From Acidilobaceae archaeon (lineage in GTDB: Archaea; Thermoproteota; Thermoprotei_A; Sulfolobales; Acidilobaceae), in NCBI GenBank assembly GCA_038824665.1, contig JAWBBK010000001.1, positions 288,001-352,000 of the forward strand: 64,000 bases of DNA, given 5' to 3'. Made by a program: the position numbers and the translations under genes. Below are positions 9,225 to 19,153 of this stretch, piece after piece (positions within the stretch are counted from its first letter, which is position 1; the number at the start of each line of letters is the position of its first letter). The notes under the pieces are model-generated. The model ran no database searches and was not told where the DNA came from. It saw nothing but the letters and a program-made list of their open reading frames with translations.

Positions 9225-9300
9225 AGGTCTTGATAGACCTTATATATACAATTGTTTCGAAACAATAATTTTTTTAATAAAATTTTAAAAAAACAGATTT
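9225..9300. promoter_or_regulatory. TATA box flanked by palindromes and an AT-rich tract
   Basis: AGGTCT-N4-AGACCT at 9225-9240, TATATATA at 9241-9248, perfect 16 bp palindrome ATTGTTTCGAAACAAT at 9251-9266, then an almost pure A/T run. Confidence 0.5.
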
Positions 9301-9392
9301 TTAGCAAGATTTGAGATCGAAGTAGTTCTTTTCCATCTATATGAACTTCTATAGAGGTTTTGGATCGAAAAGCTTCAGCGAAGGTGGAAGCA

Positions 9393-9469
9393 TGGTGGGC
9401 CCGCGGGGACTCGAACCCCGGACCTCCGCCGTGTAAGGGCGGCGTCCTACCAGGCTAGACGACGGGCCC
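9393..9469 (-). tRNA. tRNA-Val (TAC), intronless, CCA encoded
   Basis: GGGCCCG acceptor stem, anticodon arm CCGCC-CTTACAC-GGCGG, GTTCGAGTC T-loop, 3' ACCA. Confidence 0.97.
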
Positions 9470-9534
9470 CCACCACAGCCTGTCTGCTCCAGGCTAATAA
9501 GCGCCTACCTTTTATACAGCTTAGGGGATAGCTT

Positions 9535-10026
9535 CTGAAACTTCGACGGAAGGCGGTAGTGTTCGACATAGACGGGGTTCTTATCGACTCTAGTTCCAGA
9601 TTAGAAGCTTGTTTGAACGAAGCAGGAGCCAGAAAATTAGAGGAGCTCAGAGGAGGCTCTAGAGAAAGGTTCTGGAGTTGCTTTCTGAGCGAAAGATATC
9701 TCTATCTCGATAGGCCTAGGTCTGAGTACGTCAGATTAGCTCTTGACTATGCCTCTAGAGGCTATGCAATAGTGATCGTCACAGGCAGACCTGAGTTCAT
9801 GAAGGAGCTGACTTTCAAACAGCTTGAAGAAATCGGACTGTTCTCCATTATGTCTGAAGCCCTATTCAGGAAGAACGGTGATCGCAGGAGCGACTCTCTG
9901 GTCAAAATAGAGGCGCTAAAGAAGGTAGTCTCTAAATACGATGTTGTTGCTGTCTATGAAGACTCGCAGGACGTAGCTGAAGAGATAAAGAGGACTCTAC
10001 CTCAGCTTAGAGTAGTTCTTGTTTAG
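9535..10026 (+). CDS. HAD-family phosphatase resembling the polynucleotide kinase 3'-phosphatase domain (probable CTG start)
   Basis: KAVVFDIDG, IVTGR, R..GD.RSD..VK, VYED motifs. The beta-strand before DxD lies upstream of the track GTG; in-frame CTG at 9535 follows a GGGGAT SD and an in-frame TAG. Confidence 0.8.
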   Translation: MKLRRKAVVFDIDGVLIDSSSRLEACLNEAGARKLEELRGGSRERFWSCFLSERYLYLDRPRSEYVRLALDYASRGYAIVIVTGRPEFMKELTFKQLEEIGLFSIMSEALFRKNGDRRSDSLVKIEALKKVVSKYDVVAVYEDSQDVAEEIKRTLPQLRVVLV

Positions 10027-10175
10027 AAGGTTTCATAAGCTAGCGACCTCTTTGACTCTTGAGAGCTTGTATTAGGATAGCGTATGACATTAAGACTGAG
10101 GCCTTTAGTCTACACGGTCAGGAAGACAACAAGAGCAATAGACACAACTGAAGAGAGAAAAAGCTAGACGTAGAG

Positions 10176-10478
10176 ATGGTTGAGGTAGACACTCTCTTAG
10201 ACCTCTACGGCTTGACGTTCGATTACTCTCGACTTCTCGTAGCGAATCTGTCTTCTAGCTTGTCTCTAAAGAAGCAGTATAGAACTCTCTTCAGCAAGGC
10301 TCTCAGCCTTTTGGAAGAAGCTGAAGTGACAGGAACCCTCGTTTCAGACATCGAGCAGTTCGTCGTGCTAGCGAAGTCTATATCACGAAAGACTATCCCT
10401 ATGCTTAACTTCCTGAAAGCGGACGATGTAATTGACCGGCTGTCTTCTTTAGTTGAAAAAGAACACACTCACCAATAG
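10176..10478 (+). CDS. Hypothetical helical protein (possibly extends to ATG 10084 across a 1-nt shift)
   Basis: 100 aa ORF, co-oriented between the HAD and Clp1 genes. Confidence 0.5.
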   Translation: MVEVDTLLDLYGLTFDYSRLLVANLSSSLSLKKQYRTLFSKALSLLEEAEVTGTLVSDIEQFVVLAKSISRKTIPMLNFLKADDVIDRLSSLVEKEHTHQ

Positions 10479-10531
10479 TCTTAATTAGACCTCTTAAAAG
10501 ATAGAGGGCGTGAGAGCTGGGGCTTGAAGCT

Positions 10532-11587
10532 TTGAAGCTCTCGGCTAGGGAGGTCAAGCTGGAGGGGTTTGTGGCCGTTAGAGGTCCAGCAGTCGTTTCT
10601 GTTGTTCAGGGAGTTGTAGAGGTAATGGGATTTCTTCTCAAAGAGGGAACAGGTTTCGTAATACCTAGAGCTCGGGTAGCGATTCTGAGAGGAGAGGGAG
10701 CGACCATAGAGATAACGGGCGTTTCCAACGGTTCTGTGGTCGAGTTGCCTCAAGCAGAGTACGAAGAGATCTACAAGCTAGCGGAAGAGGCCTCACGCAA
10801 GAGAACTATGATCGTAGGTCCTGTAGATGTAGGTAAGAGCACTCTAGCTTCTATCATAGCTGGACGAGCGTTGAACTCTGGGCTGAGAGCAGAACTCATG
10901 ACTATAGACGTAGGTCAAAACGAGATTTACTGTCCTGGATTCTCTGCTCTAGCTTCTGTGAACCCTCCGGCAATACCGGGCAATTCCGATTCCTTCACTG
11001 TTGTCTCCTCTTGTTTTGTTGGCTCCTTTTCGCCTAGCTTCATGTTGGAGAGATATATGAAATGTGCACAAGAACTTTCTCGCTTAGCTTCTAACACGCT
11101 AGTAGTAGACACAGACGGTTGGGTTGAGAACAAGGGACTCGAGGTCAAGGCTAAGGTCGCTCTAGATATTGGGATTAAGCTCGTTATAGCCTTGGGACTC
11201 GATAATGAGAAGGTCAAGACGTTCTTAGACGCAGGTCTTGACACAATTGTCTTCAAGCCTTTGGCTCGCTCAATCAAAACAAGCGAAGAGAGGAGACTAC
11301 ACAGAGAGAGGCTAATAGCTCAAAAGCTAGCAGGCGCTAGACAGCTATCGGTTCCATTAGACTTAGTCAGGTTTCTAGGAGACAAACCTAAGCTGAGACC
11401 AGGCTTTGGAGTTATAGCCTCTGCTTACGCTAGAGGGCAAGCACATCCAGGAGTGATCGTTAGAGTTGACGAGAAGAAAAGTAGAGCTATAGTGTTGACT
11501 AAAGCAACCGACATCTTAGAGCTAGTTGAGGTCGGGGTCTCAGAGATAGACTTGTCATGGCTTCAGGAGATCTCCAACATTAGCTAA
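10532..11587 (+). CDS. Clp1/Grc3-family polynucleotide 5'-OH kinase
   Basis: N-terminal beta domain (VRGPA), P-loop GPVDVGKST, DVGQ, FVGSFSP, VDTDGW, ERR..R motifs. Confidence 0.88.
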   Translation: MKLSAREVKLEGFVAVRGPAVVSVVQGVVEVMGFLLKEGTGFVIPRARVAILRGEGATIEITGVSNGSVVELPQAEYEEIYKLAEEASRKRTMIVGPVDVGKSTLASIIAGRALNSGLRAELMTIDVGQNEIYCPGFSALASVNPPAIPGNSDSFTVVSSCFVGSFSPSFMLERYMKCAQELSRLASNTLVVDTDGWVENKGLEVKAKVALDIGIKLVIALGLDNEKVKTFLDAGLDTIVFKPLARSIKTSEERRLHRERLIAQKLAGARQLSVPLDLVRFLGDKPKLRPGFGVIASAYARGQAHPGVIVRVDEKKSRAIVLTKATDILELVEVGVSEIDLSWLQEISNIS

Positions 11588-11692
11588 GACCACTACTTTA
11601 CAGAAATTTAGCTCTAGTCGTTCGAGAACTTCTGTGTTCAGGACTTAAAGGGGCTTAAAGAGATTTTGTTCTGAAGGGAGAGGTGATAGGAG

Positions 11693-12679
11693 ACGAAGAG
11701 AGCAAAGCTAGGAAAGAGCAACGTTAGCGTTAGCTCGATAGGTCTTGGCTTATGGCAAGCTGGCTCTAGGCTTTGGTCTTCTCAGCTCTCTTCTAAAGAC
11801 CTAGCGGAGGCTTTAGAGATAGCTCGAAGCTTTGGGATAGACCTTTTGGACACAGCTGAACTCTATGGATGGGGTAGATCTGAGGCTCTGTTAGGACAAG
11901 CGCTCAGCATAGTAGGCAGAGAAGGCTTCTTCGTAGCGAGCAAGGTGGCAGGCTTCAGAACGAGCTCTGATGAGGTGGTCAAGGCTGTAGCGGCTATCGA
12001 TAGAAGGCTGGGGTTTTCAGTGGATTTGATACAGCTTCACTGGCCTCCTCCTTTCTGGATAGACCTTTGTAGACCTATAAGAGGGCTTGAGAAAGCGGTA
12101 TCGGAAGGTCTAGCTCACTATTACGGACTTTCTAACTTTGATGTAGACCTAATTGAAAAAGCTTTAGAGTGTAGCAAAAGGTTAGAGCCAGTAAGCGATC
12201 AGGTTCAGTACAGTCTGGCCTTCAGGACTCCTGAGCTTAAGTTAAAACCTTTTCTCGATTCGAGAGGTCTCACTCTGATAGCTTGGAGCCCTTTGGCTAA
12301 AGGAGCTTTGGCTGGAGCTAGACCCACTAGTCTGGCTCAAAGGTTTGACAGAGTCTTCTTCGAGGCCTCTAAGGATTGGGAGTTACAGAAAGCTTTAGAA
12401 ACAGTTTCGGCTAAGCTGAAAGCAAGCAAGGCTCAGATAGCTCTCGCATGGCTCGTGACTAAAAAAGCAATTCCTATACCTGGTTTTAGGAATCCGAAAA
12501 GAGTCGAAGAAATAGCGAGAGCTGGAACTCTAGAACTTCCCGAATGGGCTATAAGAGAGTTAGATGAAGCTTCTCAAAAGTACTTGAATAAATGGGGGTC
12601 TGCTGTCTGGTCTTCTCGCATGAGGCTCGTTCCAGCCTTATTACAAAAGGTTGCGCTTCGAGTCTTGGGAGGAGTTTAA
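11693..12679 (+). CDS. Aldo/keto reductase (apparent ACG start)
   Basis: DTAELYG.G.SE, VASK, QLHWP, GLSNF, QVQYSL, AWSPLAKG. The conserved N-terminus KRAKLGKSNVSVSSIGLGLWQ lies upstream of the track start and is bounded by an in-frame TAG. Confidence 0.9.
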   Translation, partial: TKRAKLGKSNVSVSSIGLGLWQAGSRLWSSQLSSKDLAEALEIARSFGIDLLDTAELYGWGRSEALLGQALSIVGREGFFVASKVAGFRTSSDEVVKAVAAIDRRLGFSVDLIQLHWPPPFWIDLCRPIRGLEKAVSEGLAHYYGLSNFDVDLIEKALECSKRLEPVSDQVQYSLAFRTPELKLKPFLDSRGLTLIAWSPLAKGALAGARPTSLAQRFDRVFFEASKDWELQKALETVSAKLKASKAQIALAWLVTKKAIPIPGFRNPKRVEEIARAGTLELPEWAIRELDEASQKYLNKWGSAVWSSRMRLVPALLQKVALRVLGGV

Positions 12680-12686
12680 GGATATC

Positions 12687-13688
12687 TTACTCGTCCAAGT
12701 TGGCTTTGATCACTCTCAAGGCGTTCTCATAAGCTACCTTAGCCAGTTCGTTGTCACTAAATCCTCTTTCTGCGAGCTTAAACAACAGGGCTTCTATCTT
12801 GTCTATAGACTCAAACCCTTTAGGCGGTCTTCTACCTAAGAAGCCAAAGAAGTCTGTGCCTATGGCTAGGACGTCAGCTCCATAGACCTCTTTGACATAA
12901 ACGAAGTGCTGAACTAAGTCGTCGAGAAACGGCTTGTCTTTCTTTGAGACTAGATGAGGAAGAGCCGTTATCCCGATCACCCCCTTTCTAGACGCTAGAG
13001 CCTCCAGAACCTCATCGTCTACGTTACGAGGAGTGTCGACTAGCTTTCTCGGATTGGCATGACTTATTATAGGAGGCTTAGAGGAGAGATTGAGCACGTC
13101 TAGAGCTGTAGCTTTGCTAGCATGAGCTAAGTCTATGATGATACCGAGCTTGTTTGCTGTTCTCACTAACTCTTCACCCTCATCGCTCAAACCTCTGTCT
13201 CTTCTAGCGAAACAGCCTGTTCCGTACTTGTTGCTGTAGTTCCAGGTTATCCCCAAGCTCCTAAGTCCTAGTCTTTTGAACAACACTAGATCGTAAGGGT
13301 CATCGATAGCGTCGGCTCCTTCGAGATGTAGTAAAAGACAAACTCTCCACTCGCCGTTTAGACACTTCTCTGCTTCCTCAGCTCTCTCGATTATCGAGAT
13401 CTCAGGATGTACTTCAGCTAGCCGAAAGTATATGGAGAAGTGCTCGAAGACTAGTCCTTGAGGCAGTCTAAAGGACACAGCAGGGAGCTCTCTGTGTGCT
13501 CTATAAGTCTCTACTCCAGGAAACATGGCTGCAAAGACAATCCTCACGTTCCCTCTTCTGTATTTAGGTAAGTCAGCTTCTCTTTCCTCAACGTCCTCGC
13601 TTAGGTGAGCTAAAGCTAAGCCTCCTCCATGTGTCATGAAGTAGATTGAGATGTCTTCATGAAGATCTACTATGGGGACTTTGAGCAA
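12687..13688 (-). CDS. Membrane dipeptidase family (peptidase M19)
   Basis: DLHED, LEG, GITWNY.N, DLAH, SHAN, RNVDD, IGTDF motifs. Confidence 0.92.
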   Translation of the reverse strand: MLKVPIVDLHEDISIYFMTHGGGLALAHLSEDVEEREADLPKYRRGNVRIVFAAMFPGVETYRAHRELPAVSFRLPQGLVFEHFSIYFRLAEVHPEISIIERAEEAEKCLNGEWRVCLLLHLEGADAIDDPYDLVLFKRLGLRSLGITWNYSNKYGTGCFARRDRGLSDEGEELVRTANKLGIIIDLAHASKATALDVLNLSSKPPIISHANPRKLVDTPRNVDDEVLEALASRKGVIGITALPHLVSKKDKPFLDDLVQHFVYVKEVYGADVLAIGTDFFGFLGRRPPKGFESIDKIEALLFKLAERGFSDNELAKVAYENALRVIKANLDE

Positions 13689-13761
13689 GTTGAAGACACC
13701 GATAGAGTTTTTGGTATGCTTAGCTTTAAGTTCTCAGAGAAAAGGAGAAGAGGGATACTCT

Positions 13762-14484
13762 TTGACTCTTCATCTCAGAGTACGTCCTGGAACTCTGGCA
13801 AGAGATGTCATCGCCTGCGGAGATCCCGCTAGAGTAGACCTGCTCTCAAGTCTCCTAGACGAGGTAAGACTTCTTAGTTCATACAGAGGCTTTAAGGTAG
13901 TCGAAGGTTTTTACAAGAAGCGACGAATAGCTCTAGCTACTCACGGGATTGGAGGCCCAAGTGCAGCCATCGTCTTTGAGGAACTTCGCATGGCTGGAGC
14001 AGAGAGAATCGTAAGGCTAGGGTCAGCAGGAGGGCTAAGGCGAGACGCTAAGGTCGGCGGAGTGGTAGTGGCTACTGGGGCAGGTTATCTTCAAGGAGGT
14101 TGTGCTCTAGGCTCTTACGCGCCCGGCTTCTGTCTCTCGACTTCACCTGACATCGAACTTACGTACAATATCATGAAGTCCTTCAAGGAACATAACATAG
14201 AGTTTGTAGCGGGACCTGTCTTCTCTAACGATGCCTTCTATATGGAAAGCAAAGAGTTTGGCGAGAAGCTGGCGAGGCTCGGCTTCGTGGCAATAGAGAT
14301 GGAGACAGCGACGCTCTTCGCTCTTGGATTCTTACGAGGATTCAAGACAGCTTCGGTTCTCGTAGCAAGCAACGTCCTTTACGAAGAGAACTTTATAGGA
14401 AAGCTTCTCAGCACCGAGGAGCTAGCTGAGACATACATTAAGGTCGGAAGAGCTCTGCTAGAGGCTTTAGTTAGAACACAATAG
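13762..14484 (+). CDS. Nucleoside phosphorylase (DeoD/Udp PNP family)
   Basis: GDPARV, HGIGGPS, RLGSAG, D.FY, IEME; likely start is TTG at 13762. Confidence 0.9.
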   Translation: MTLHLRVRPGTLARDVIACGDPARVDLLSSLLDEVRLLSSYRGFKVVEGFYKKRRIALATHGIGGPSAAIVFEELRMAGAERIVRLGSAGGLRRDAKVGGVVVATGAGYLQGGCALGSYAPGFCLSTSPDIELTYNIMKSFKEHNIEFVAGPVFSNDAFYMESKEFGEKLARLGFVAIEMETATLFALGFLRGFKTASVLVASNVLYEENFIGKLLSTEELAETYIKVGRALLEALVRTQ

Positions 14485-14601
14485 CGAACTTGTTTCAACA
14501 TTGTCTTTTGTAGTACGTCAGATAGTATAACGAAAATTATTAAGGTCTCAAATATAGTTGAAAGAGGTCTCAGACACAACAGAAACTGAGGTGTTTCTAT
14601 A

Positions 14602-15939
14602 GTGGGACTGATCAAAGAAGCCAGATCATCACAGTTCGTAGATGAACTCTTCGAGATCTCCAAAACAGAAGGAGTAGACTACGAAGACCTAAGGAGAAGT
14701 GTAAGCGCTGGTAGGGTTATAGTGCTCAGGAACTTAGCTAGGCCTAAGCGACCAAGGCTTGTAGCAGTGGGCGAGGGCATGTTCACTAAGGTTAATGTGA
14801 ATGTGGGAACGAGCGGAGTACACGTTGACGTGAACCTAGAGCTAGAGAAAGTTAAAGTAGCTTTAGAGTACGGAACCGATACCATAATGGACTTAAGTAC
14901 CGGAGGAGATCTCGACGAAATCAGAAAGACTCTTCTTGAGGCGGCAAGCGGAACTCCTTTCGGTACAGTGCCAACATATCAGGCCTGGATTTACGGCATA
15001 AAGAAGTATGGAAGTATCGCTAGCATTCCAGCGGACTGGTTCATAGAGATTGTAGAAAGACATCTCCGAGACGGAGTTGACTTCATGACAATCCATGCAG
15101 GTATAACGCGAGAGCTAGTTGAAAGAGCTCTCACAGGAAGCAGAGTTATGCCGATCGTTAGTCGTGGAGGCGCAATGGTCGCTGTGTGGATAAAGGAGAC
15201 AGGCAGAGAGAATCCCTATTATTCAAATTGGTCTCAGCTTCTTGAACTCTTCGAAGAATACGACGCTACCATCAGCTTAGGCGACGCTCTGAGACCAGGA
15301 TGTCTTGTGGACTCTAATGACGAGTTACAGATATCGGAGATGATTGTCAATGCCAGATTAGCCAGAAGCGCAGTTGAGAGAGGAGTTCAGGTAATGATAG
15401 AAGGTCCTGGTCATATGAAGATGGATGAAATAGCGGCTAACGTAAAGCTTGAGAAATCTCTGACTGGCTTCCTACCGTACTACGTTCTAGGCCCTCTAGT
15501 AACGGACGTAGCGGTCGGCTACGATCACATAGCTGCAGCTATAGGTGCTGCCATAGCTTCCGCTAGCGGAGCTGATCTCATTTGCTATCTAACTCCAGCT
15601 GAACACCTCGGGCTACCTAACGTGGAGCAGGTGAAGGAGGGGCTGATAGCCTCCAAGATAGCTGCTCACGCAGGAGACCTAGTCAAAATAGGGAGGAGAG
15701 CAGCAAAGAAAGATATCGAGATCAGTCTGGCTAGAGCAAAACTGGATTGGGGAACACAGATAAAGCTCTCTCCCGACCCTCGAAGAGCGCTTGAGATTAG
15801 AAGTCAATTTCAAGGTTCAGCGCTCAAGTCCTGTACTATGTGTGGTCAGTATTGTGTCTTCCTATTGCTTGAGAAGCATGCAAGTAACAACAGCGTAGAA
15901 CCTCAAGACCTGCTCGAAAGGTTTCCAAAATACTCTTAG
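14602..15939 (+). CDS. thiC: Phosphomethylpyrimidine synthase
   Basis: [46 protein letters not shown]. Confidence 0.97.
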   Translation: MGLIKEARSSQFVDELFEISKTEGVDYEDLRRSVSAGRVIVLRNLARPKRPRLVAVGEGMFTKVNVNVGTSGVHVDVNLELEKVKVALEYGTDTIMDLSTGGDLDEIRKTLLEAASGTPFGTVPTYQAWIYGIKKYGSIASIPADWFIEIVERHLRDGVDFMTIHAGITRELVERALTGSRVMPIVSRGGAMVAVWIKETGRENPYYSNWSQLLELFEEYDATISLGDALRPGCLVDSNDELQISEMIVNARLARSAVERGVQVMIEGPGHMKMDEIAANVKLEKSLTGFLPYYVLGPLVTDVAVGYDHIAAAIGAAIASASGADLICYLTPAEHLGLPNVEQVKEGLIASKIAAHAGDLVKIGRRAAKKDIEISLARAKLDWGTQIKLSPDPRRALEIRSQFQGSALKSCTMCGQYCVFLLLEKHASNNSVEPQDLLERFPKYS

Positions 15940-16038
15940 GCTTTCGATATGAAGGGAGTTCTGCTGAGCGTAACGCTTATCGTATACTCCATCAACGCTT
16001 AAATTCGTAGGTTAGCGATCCTAAGTTGATGACGATCT

Positions 16039-16286
16039 ATGGGGCGAGTCCTCGAGGTTGACATGAGACCAGGAGGATCGTGTGGAGATAGTCCTTCATG
16101 GCTTTAAACAGATTAGCGAGTCGTGTAGAAACAGAGAAGCCAGATGCAATGAAGGTGAGAGTAGACCCCTCTCTGATTTCTCCAAGCGCGCTTCGGGTCG
16201 TTTTATCTCAAAAAGGATATGAGCTAGCTGAGACAACAAGAGTTAGCGAGTCAGACGTAACGTTCACCTTCATTAAGAAAAAGTAA
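16039..16286 (+). pseudogene. TusA/SirA-like small protein split by a 1-nt frameshift
   Basis: ATG 16039 gives MGRVLEVDMRPGGSCGDSP, then stops at 16105-16107; the -1 frame continues FMALNRLAS...VTFTFIKKK. The joined product has TusA-like length and pattern. Confidence 0.55.
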
Positions 16287-16396
16287 GTACAGGTCGTTCT
16301 GACTGGTTTACTTAAACAAATCAATTTATTTAGATCAAGGAGAATGAGCTACTCTTTATTAGCTTTACGCTCTCAAGAGTTTGCGGCTGGACAAAG

Positions 16397-16870
16397 ATGC
16401 CTAAAGTCGCAGTCCTCATGGGGAGCAAAAGCGATTGGGAACAAATGAAGCCTGCGGTCGATACGCTTCGAGAGTTTGGAGTAGAGGTCGAGGTTAGAGT
16501 TCTTTCAGCTCATAGAACTCCCGAAGAGCTAAGAGAATATGTAAAAACGGCAGCCGAAAGAGGAATAGAAGTGATCATAGCTGGAGCTGGCGGTGCAGCA
16601 CATCTGCCAGGCGTAGTAGCCTCTCTTACTCATCTTCCCGTTATCGGAGTCCCTGTACCGACTCAACATCTTCACGGACTCGATTCGCTCTTGTCTATAG
16701 TTCAAATGCCTTCAGGAGTCCCAGTAGCCACTGTTGGGATAGGAGCATCTAAGAACGCAGCTCTCTTAGCTATCAGGATACTGAGCTTGAAGTACTCACA
16801 TTTGGTAGATAAATTAGAGAAATATAAAGAAAAAATGAAAGCAGAGACTCTTTCAGCCAAGTTAGAGTAG
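16397..16870 (+). CDS. purE: N5-CAIR mutase / AIR carboxylase catalytic subunit
   Basis: [37 protein letters not shown]. Confidence 0.96.
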   Translation: MPKVAVLMGSKSDWEQMKPAVDTLREFGVEVEVRVLSAHRTPEELREYVKTAAERGIEVIIAGAGGAAHLPGVVASLTHLPVIGVPVPTQHLHGLDSLLSIVQMPSGVPVATVGIGASKNAALLAIRILSLKYSHLVDKLEKYKEKMKAETLSAKLE

Positions 16871-16877
16871 CTTTCAT

Positions 16878-17966
16878 TTAGGTAATAACTTTTTCAAGAG
16901 CTTTCTTTTGGATCGCTATTCTGATTTCTCTAGCTATTCTTCTTCCCATAGACATAGGCTCGTCCCAATACAAGAACGAATAGGGGCTTCCATAGACGTA
17001 AAGGTTGGTTCCGGCTACTATACGTCCTGAAAACTCGAAGACCTTTATCTTCATGTCTCTATCTATAACGGATTCTAGACAGAAAGGTCCCACAATACCG
17101 TAAGGACTCAACCTTTTGGTAGCTTCTACGAATTTGAGACCGTACTCCAGGTATTTGACCAAGAGGCTCTCTCTCAAAACTAGAGGCAAGTTACCGACGA
17201 CAGTAAACGTGGGATCAGAAAAGATTCTTTCAGCTAGTCTAAAAGGTATCCTCGAAAGCCCATCTACATCACTCTCATATCTTATATCGGCTCCTAGGAT
17301 CTCGAGTCTTTCCAGAATAGGGCTGTAGAAATAATGAACATATGCTGTAACTCCGACTACATACTCTTGAATTATAACGTCTTCAGGTTTTGAAATAGAC
17401 CCCGAAGCCACTAGATTCATAATTTTCTTTCTCACAGCTTCGGGATCGCTTTCTACGAAGTAACCTCTTCCTCCCTTGGCTCCAGGAAGCTTGACTATGA
17501 CGAGACCCTCAAAGCGCTCGTTTAATCTGTAGCTCTTAGGCGTAGGGATGCCAGCATCGCTAAGAAGCCTCATCTTCTTGTGTTGATCTGCCTCAATTCT
17601 GAAGATCTGCCTTAATCCGAATATCGGAACTCTCACTTGTTCAGCACAGTCAAGCCCAACGTACTCTACGAAGCTACCGTGAGGCACTAGCACGCTGTTC
17701 TCTTCTCTTAGAGTCTTAACGACATCAAGAAGGCAGAGGTCTTTCCACTTCCGAACCTTCACGAACTTGTCTACAAGGTGACGGAACTGTTCATAAAACC
17801 AAGCTCTCTCGTCTTCGACTATCAAAACGGTCCTAAAGCCTTCTTTCTTAGCTCCGTGGACTATCTGGAGAGCTGAATGACTCGCTAAAGTAGCTATGGA
17901 GATCCTATCATAGTCGTAGTTCTCTAGAAGCTCATCAATAGAGGGGCTTGACGTTAAGCGCTCCAT
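16878..17966 (-). CDS. purP: AICAR-formate ligase (PurP family) paralog 1
   Basis: [39 protein letters not shown]. Confidence 0.92.
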   Translation of the reverse strand: MERLTSSPSIDELLENYDYDRISIATLASHSALQIVHGAKKEGFRTVLIVEDERAWFYEQFRHLVDKFVKVRKWKDLCLLDVVKTLREENSVLVPHGSFVEYVGLDCAEQVRVPIFGLRQIFRIEADQHKKMRLLSDAGIPTPKSYRLNERFEGLVIVKLPGAKGGRGYFVESDPEAVRKKIMNLVASGSISKPEDVIIQEYVVGVTAYVHYFYSPILERLEILGADIRYESDVDGLSRIPFRLAERIFSDPTFTVVGNLPLVLRESLLVKYLEYGLKFVEATKRLSPYGIVGPFCLESVIDRDMKIKVFEFSGRIVAGTNLYVYGSPYSFLYWDEPMSMGRRIAREIRIAIQKKALEKVIT

Positions 17967-18158
17967 AACTTAGCCCAGGCTCTCGGTATCTGACGAACCG
18001 TATTAACGGTCCTTAATAGCGATCTTGTAAACGATGACGATAATTGTTTGAATCAACGATATGGTTGAAGGTGACGATCTGGTGACGGAGTTGTATAGTT
18101 CTAGGACGTAATCAATAAATACTGAAGACTGTAATCTTAAATTATCGGTTGTAGATAA
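17967..18158. promoter_or_regulatory. Divergent purP / purC promoter region with inverted repeats
   Basis: ACCGT-ATTA-ACGGT at 17997-18010, TCAAC-N6-GTTGA at 18053-18068, four TGACG copies. Confidence 0.45.
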
Positions 18159-18902
18159 ATGACTTTGAGGCTTATATATGAAGGAAAGAGTAAGCTCGTT
18201 TATGAACTCGATCCGGAGAGACTGGTTATTGAATTTAAAGATGAAGTGACCGCAGGAGATGGAGCAATAAGGTCTCACGTCTCAGGTAAAGGCGTTCTGT
18301 GCGCTAGAGTCTCAGCTCATCTTTTCTCTGTCTTATCTAGCGCTGGCATAACTACTCACATGCTCGATTTCGATGGATACAAGAAGATGACAGTAAAGAA
18401 GCTCAACATGATACCCGTAGAAGTCATAGTGAGAAACGCAGCTTATGGGTCTCTCTTAAAACGTATGCCTAAGTTCAGTAGTCTTCAGCCGTTCGATCCA
18501 CCTCTAGTAGAGTTCCACTACAAGGACGACTCTCTTCATGATCCTCTGATCTTGCCGGAGGACATAATCTATGCAAAGATCTTAAGTAAAGAGGAGCTAA
18601 ACAAAGTTATAGAGATAGCTCTTAAAGCGAATAAAGTGTTAGTTGAGCGCTTCTCTAAAGCGGGCTTAAAGCTTATCGATATCAAGTTCGAGTTCGGCTT
18701 CGATAATAAGAACAACTTAGTGCTAGCCGATGAGATATCGGGCGATACCTTCAGAGTTCTCGATGAGAACGGTAGACATCTAGACAAAGAAGTATTCAGG
18801 AAGACAAAGAACGTCAAAACTCTCATAGAGGCATACGTAGAGCTAGCAAAGCGTTTAGGAGTTCCCTACAGTGATGTTGTAAGTCAGGAGATGACACAGT
18901 GA
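18159..18902 (+). CDS. purC: SAICAR synthetase
   Basis: YEGKSK, FKD..TA, IPVEVIVRN, DIKFEFG, LADEISGD, DKEVFR. Confidence 0.96.
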   Translation: MTLRLIYEGKSKLVYELDPERLVIEFKDEVTAGDGAIRSHVSGKGVLCARVSAHLFSVLSSAGITTHMLDFDGYKKMTVKKLNMIPVEVIVRNAAYGSLLKRMPKFSSLQPFDPPLVEFHYKDDSLHDPLILPEDIIYAKILSKEELNKVIEIALKANKVLVERFSKAGLKLIDIKFEFGFDNKNNLVLADEISGDTFRVLDENGRHLDKEVFRKTKNVKTLIEAYVELAKRLGVPYSDVVSQEMTQ

Positions 18903-19153
18903 AGTTCTATGTAGAAGCTATAGTCACCTATAAGAAAGAGCTTAGAGACCCCGAAGGAGAGACCATACTAGAGCATCTTGTAAAAAAGAGGGGTTATTCT
19001 TCGGTTTCTCAAATACGTACAGGCAAGTACTATCTTATGGTTGTCGAGGCTTCGAGTCCTCAGGAGGCAATAGTGCTCGTCAAAGAGATGTGTGACAAGC
19101 TTAGGATCTACAACCCTATAGTAAACGACCTCGAGGTAAGGGTCCGTGAGTAA
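18899..19153 (+). CDS. purS: FGAM synthase subunit PurS
   Basis: DPEG, R.GK, NP motifs; between purC and purQ. Confidence 0.93.
   Translation: MKFYVEAIVTYKKELRDPEGETILEHLVKKRGYSSVSQIRTGKYYLMVVEASSPQEAIVLVKEMCDKLRIYNPIVNDLEVRVRE

Noticed and set aside
9241-9360. AT-rich tract as a replication origin
   Set aside because: No convincing ORB repeats and no adjacent cdc6/orc1 or whiP gene.
2749-9469. Integrated element between the two tRNAs; CRISPR arrays or IS elements anywhere in the window
   Set aside because: No integrase or transposase, no duplicated tRNA 3' end and no regularly spaced repeats were seen.
14485-14601. TPP riboswitch upstream of thiC
   Set aside because: Only an isolated CTGAG overlapping the SD; the other conserved TPP elements and stems are absent.
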